Positions 62,151 to 64,000 of a DNA stretch of 64,000 bases are shown here, piece by piece. Position 1 is the first letter of the stretch. The number at the start of each line of letters is the position of its first letter. Source of the DNA: Catajapyx aquilonaris. Its lineage: Eukaryota. The DNA lies in contig KZ538603.1 of the NCBI GenBank assembly GCA_000934665.2, positions 1 to 64,000 on the forward strand, read 5' to 3'. Both the position numbers and the translations under genes were made by a program. The notes beneath the pieces were generated by a model. The model ran no database searches and was not told where the DNA came from. It was given only the letters and a program-made list of their open reading frames with translations.

Positions 62151-64000
62151 TATTGACAACGTTGCCCGTTGTAATGTCCCATACTATACACCTGAAATTA
62201 TTATGCCATTCATCTATCATTGCTCTAAAATTTAGATTACAATCCTTACACATTCCAGCTAACTCGCTGCGTTTTTACTATTGACATCGTATAGACTATG
62301 ATGTATTCGTGACGTAATTTTGTGGCTAATCGGAGGAGTTTCTTGTGAGTGGGTGGGCAAGGCAAATACTGTATACAAAATGAGTTAATCGCTAAGAAAA
62401 TCCAAATGTCACTTGTCACAGTTGTGGACTCCAATAATGCATGGGGGCACGATGACAGGGTTGCTAGGGAGGGTCCGAGAAAATTTATGGCGACAAGTTG
62501 ACATCTCCGACAATGAGTTATTATGATAAATCTATTCACATGAGAGCCAAATTAAGTGCCAAAGGAAAGTGAATTGTTATATAGGCAACTTCATATGAAA
62601 TACAGCTAGTAGGAGTGTGGTTATTAAAATAATGATAATATTCTCACTGTTATTATGGCCCTCACACTGTGTTGGTGATTGCAGCCGCTAACACATGTAG
62701 CCTATTATATTATTTTATATTACTTATTATATTATAACAATAAATATTATGTAGGACTACACGGTGATCCGGCCCATCCGGAATACACTTGTCCGATTTT
62801 TGTTGAGATTTCTTCGAACTAAGCTGTTTATTTGCATGATTATTTTTAGAGGTTATCAAAAATATTAGCGGCTAATATTAGGTCTAACTGAATCACCCGA
62901 GAAATCACATGTCCAAGCTCAGAGATGTAATGAATTTATGATTGGAAATGGCTGATTGGAGTACGATAGTTGGCATCGAATGTCAACGACAAAACCCATA
63001 TTTGCAGGGTGTAAAATTGCGTAAAAAGGACACCTAATATTAGTATCGAATCTGTTAAGTAACCACTCGAAGACTTCCAATATAACTGCTGCACAGTAAG
63101 CATCTTAGTGCGAAAAAAATCGTAACGGCAATATGACAAGTATATCGGATTACCCAGTAAAATAGATACCTACAGGTAGGCCTACTTGCAATAGTAGCAT
63201 TATAAACTGCTATTTATATTTTGTGCAATAATAATATTCACTTTCCTATCAATGCAGTTGTATTAAAGAAATTTTTTTTAGAAGATCGTACTGACTCTAC
63301 TTTTCGAGACAAACAGTATACACTGTGCAGTAGGCGTGTACAGGCCTACTTACAATTTCCGTATACAGTGATATAAGACCATAATTCTCTTCGGTGACTC
63401 AGATACATTCAGGTAATATGAGCCTGTTAGTTCGTAAGTGCAGTCATTATTTCGTGAAATGGCAATTTGAGTAACAAATGGATGCTGGACCCTATAATTA
63501 TGCAGGTAATGTGAAGGCAGGGAACTTGGGACAGGGATATGGATGCCATCTGTTGGCAGAACTAATACTGGGCCAGGTGAACAGCTCACCACGAGCTCAT
63601 GCGCTTGCCAAATCGGACGACTCTGAAACTTCCGAAAGATGTTCAAAACAAATTTTAATTGAGTTAAAGGTGATTATAAGGCATGTATGTTGCAATTTGG
63701 TAAGGCAATTACGAACGGAAGAGCCCGGGAAGAGCGCTAATTTTTTATTGTAAATTCTATCATGCATGTAAAAAGAAGTAATGCGATGCCAATAAATAAT
63801 TGCAATATTGTGTCTGCAACAAACAGTGCCGGATGTACCGTTATTCCATTCAAAATAGGACAACGTTACTAAATGGAGCGCTTGTCTCACGCCCATTTTG
63901 GGACTGCAGGAAACATGTATCCCACACACATGACGTCACCCGTTGCCCCACATAATAGCTATCCTATACTTCAGAAACGAGTTTCGGTTCTGCTGTGGTA

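Noticed and set aside
17441..64000. Upstream (pro-domain) exons of the ADAM gene
   Set aside because: Searched by eye and found none recognisable; they may be deleted, too decayed, or outside the window.

Overview
This is AT-rich, transposon-saturated animal genomic DNA, most likely insect or another arthropod, with spliceosomal introns. I found no intact protein-coding gene. Host-gene content is all decayed: (1) a GLYR1/N-PAC/NP60-like locus (518-3574, +) with a PWWP domain followed by two tandem 3-hydroxyisobutyrate-dehydrogenase-like modules, both carrying frameshifts or stops; (2) an ADAM10/Kuzbanian-like metalloprotease-disintegrin pseudogene (16160-17440, -) split by a young Tc1/mariner MITE; (3) probable trypsin-like remnants (about 18.8-23.3 kb, -). 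The rest is MITEs and DNA-transposon remnants (Tc1/mariner, hAT, PIF/Harbinger, Sola-like, CACTA-like, Helitron/Helentron-like), tRNA-derived SINEs with TSDs and (TTA)n tails, and micro/minisatellites. Two patterns stand out. First, short insertions at TA sites (TA-GGC-TA, TA-CAG-TA, TA-TA and similar) are pervasive and look like transposon excision footprints; several can be shown by comparing paired repeat copies inside the window, and two cause frameshifts in the host genes. Second, palindromes occur at every scale, from loop-less 58-84 bp hairpins to multi-kb nested foldback elements built from two 5' or two 3' transposon ends. Family assignments come from remembered motifs, termini and TSDs, not from database searches. 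Coordinates were counted by hand.
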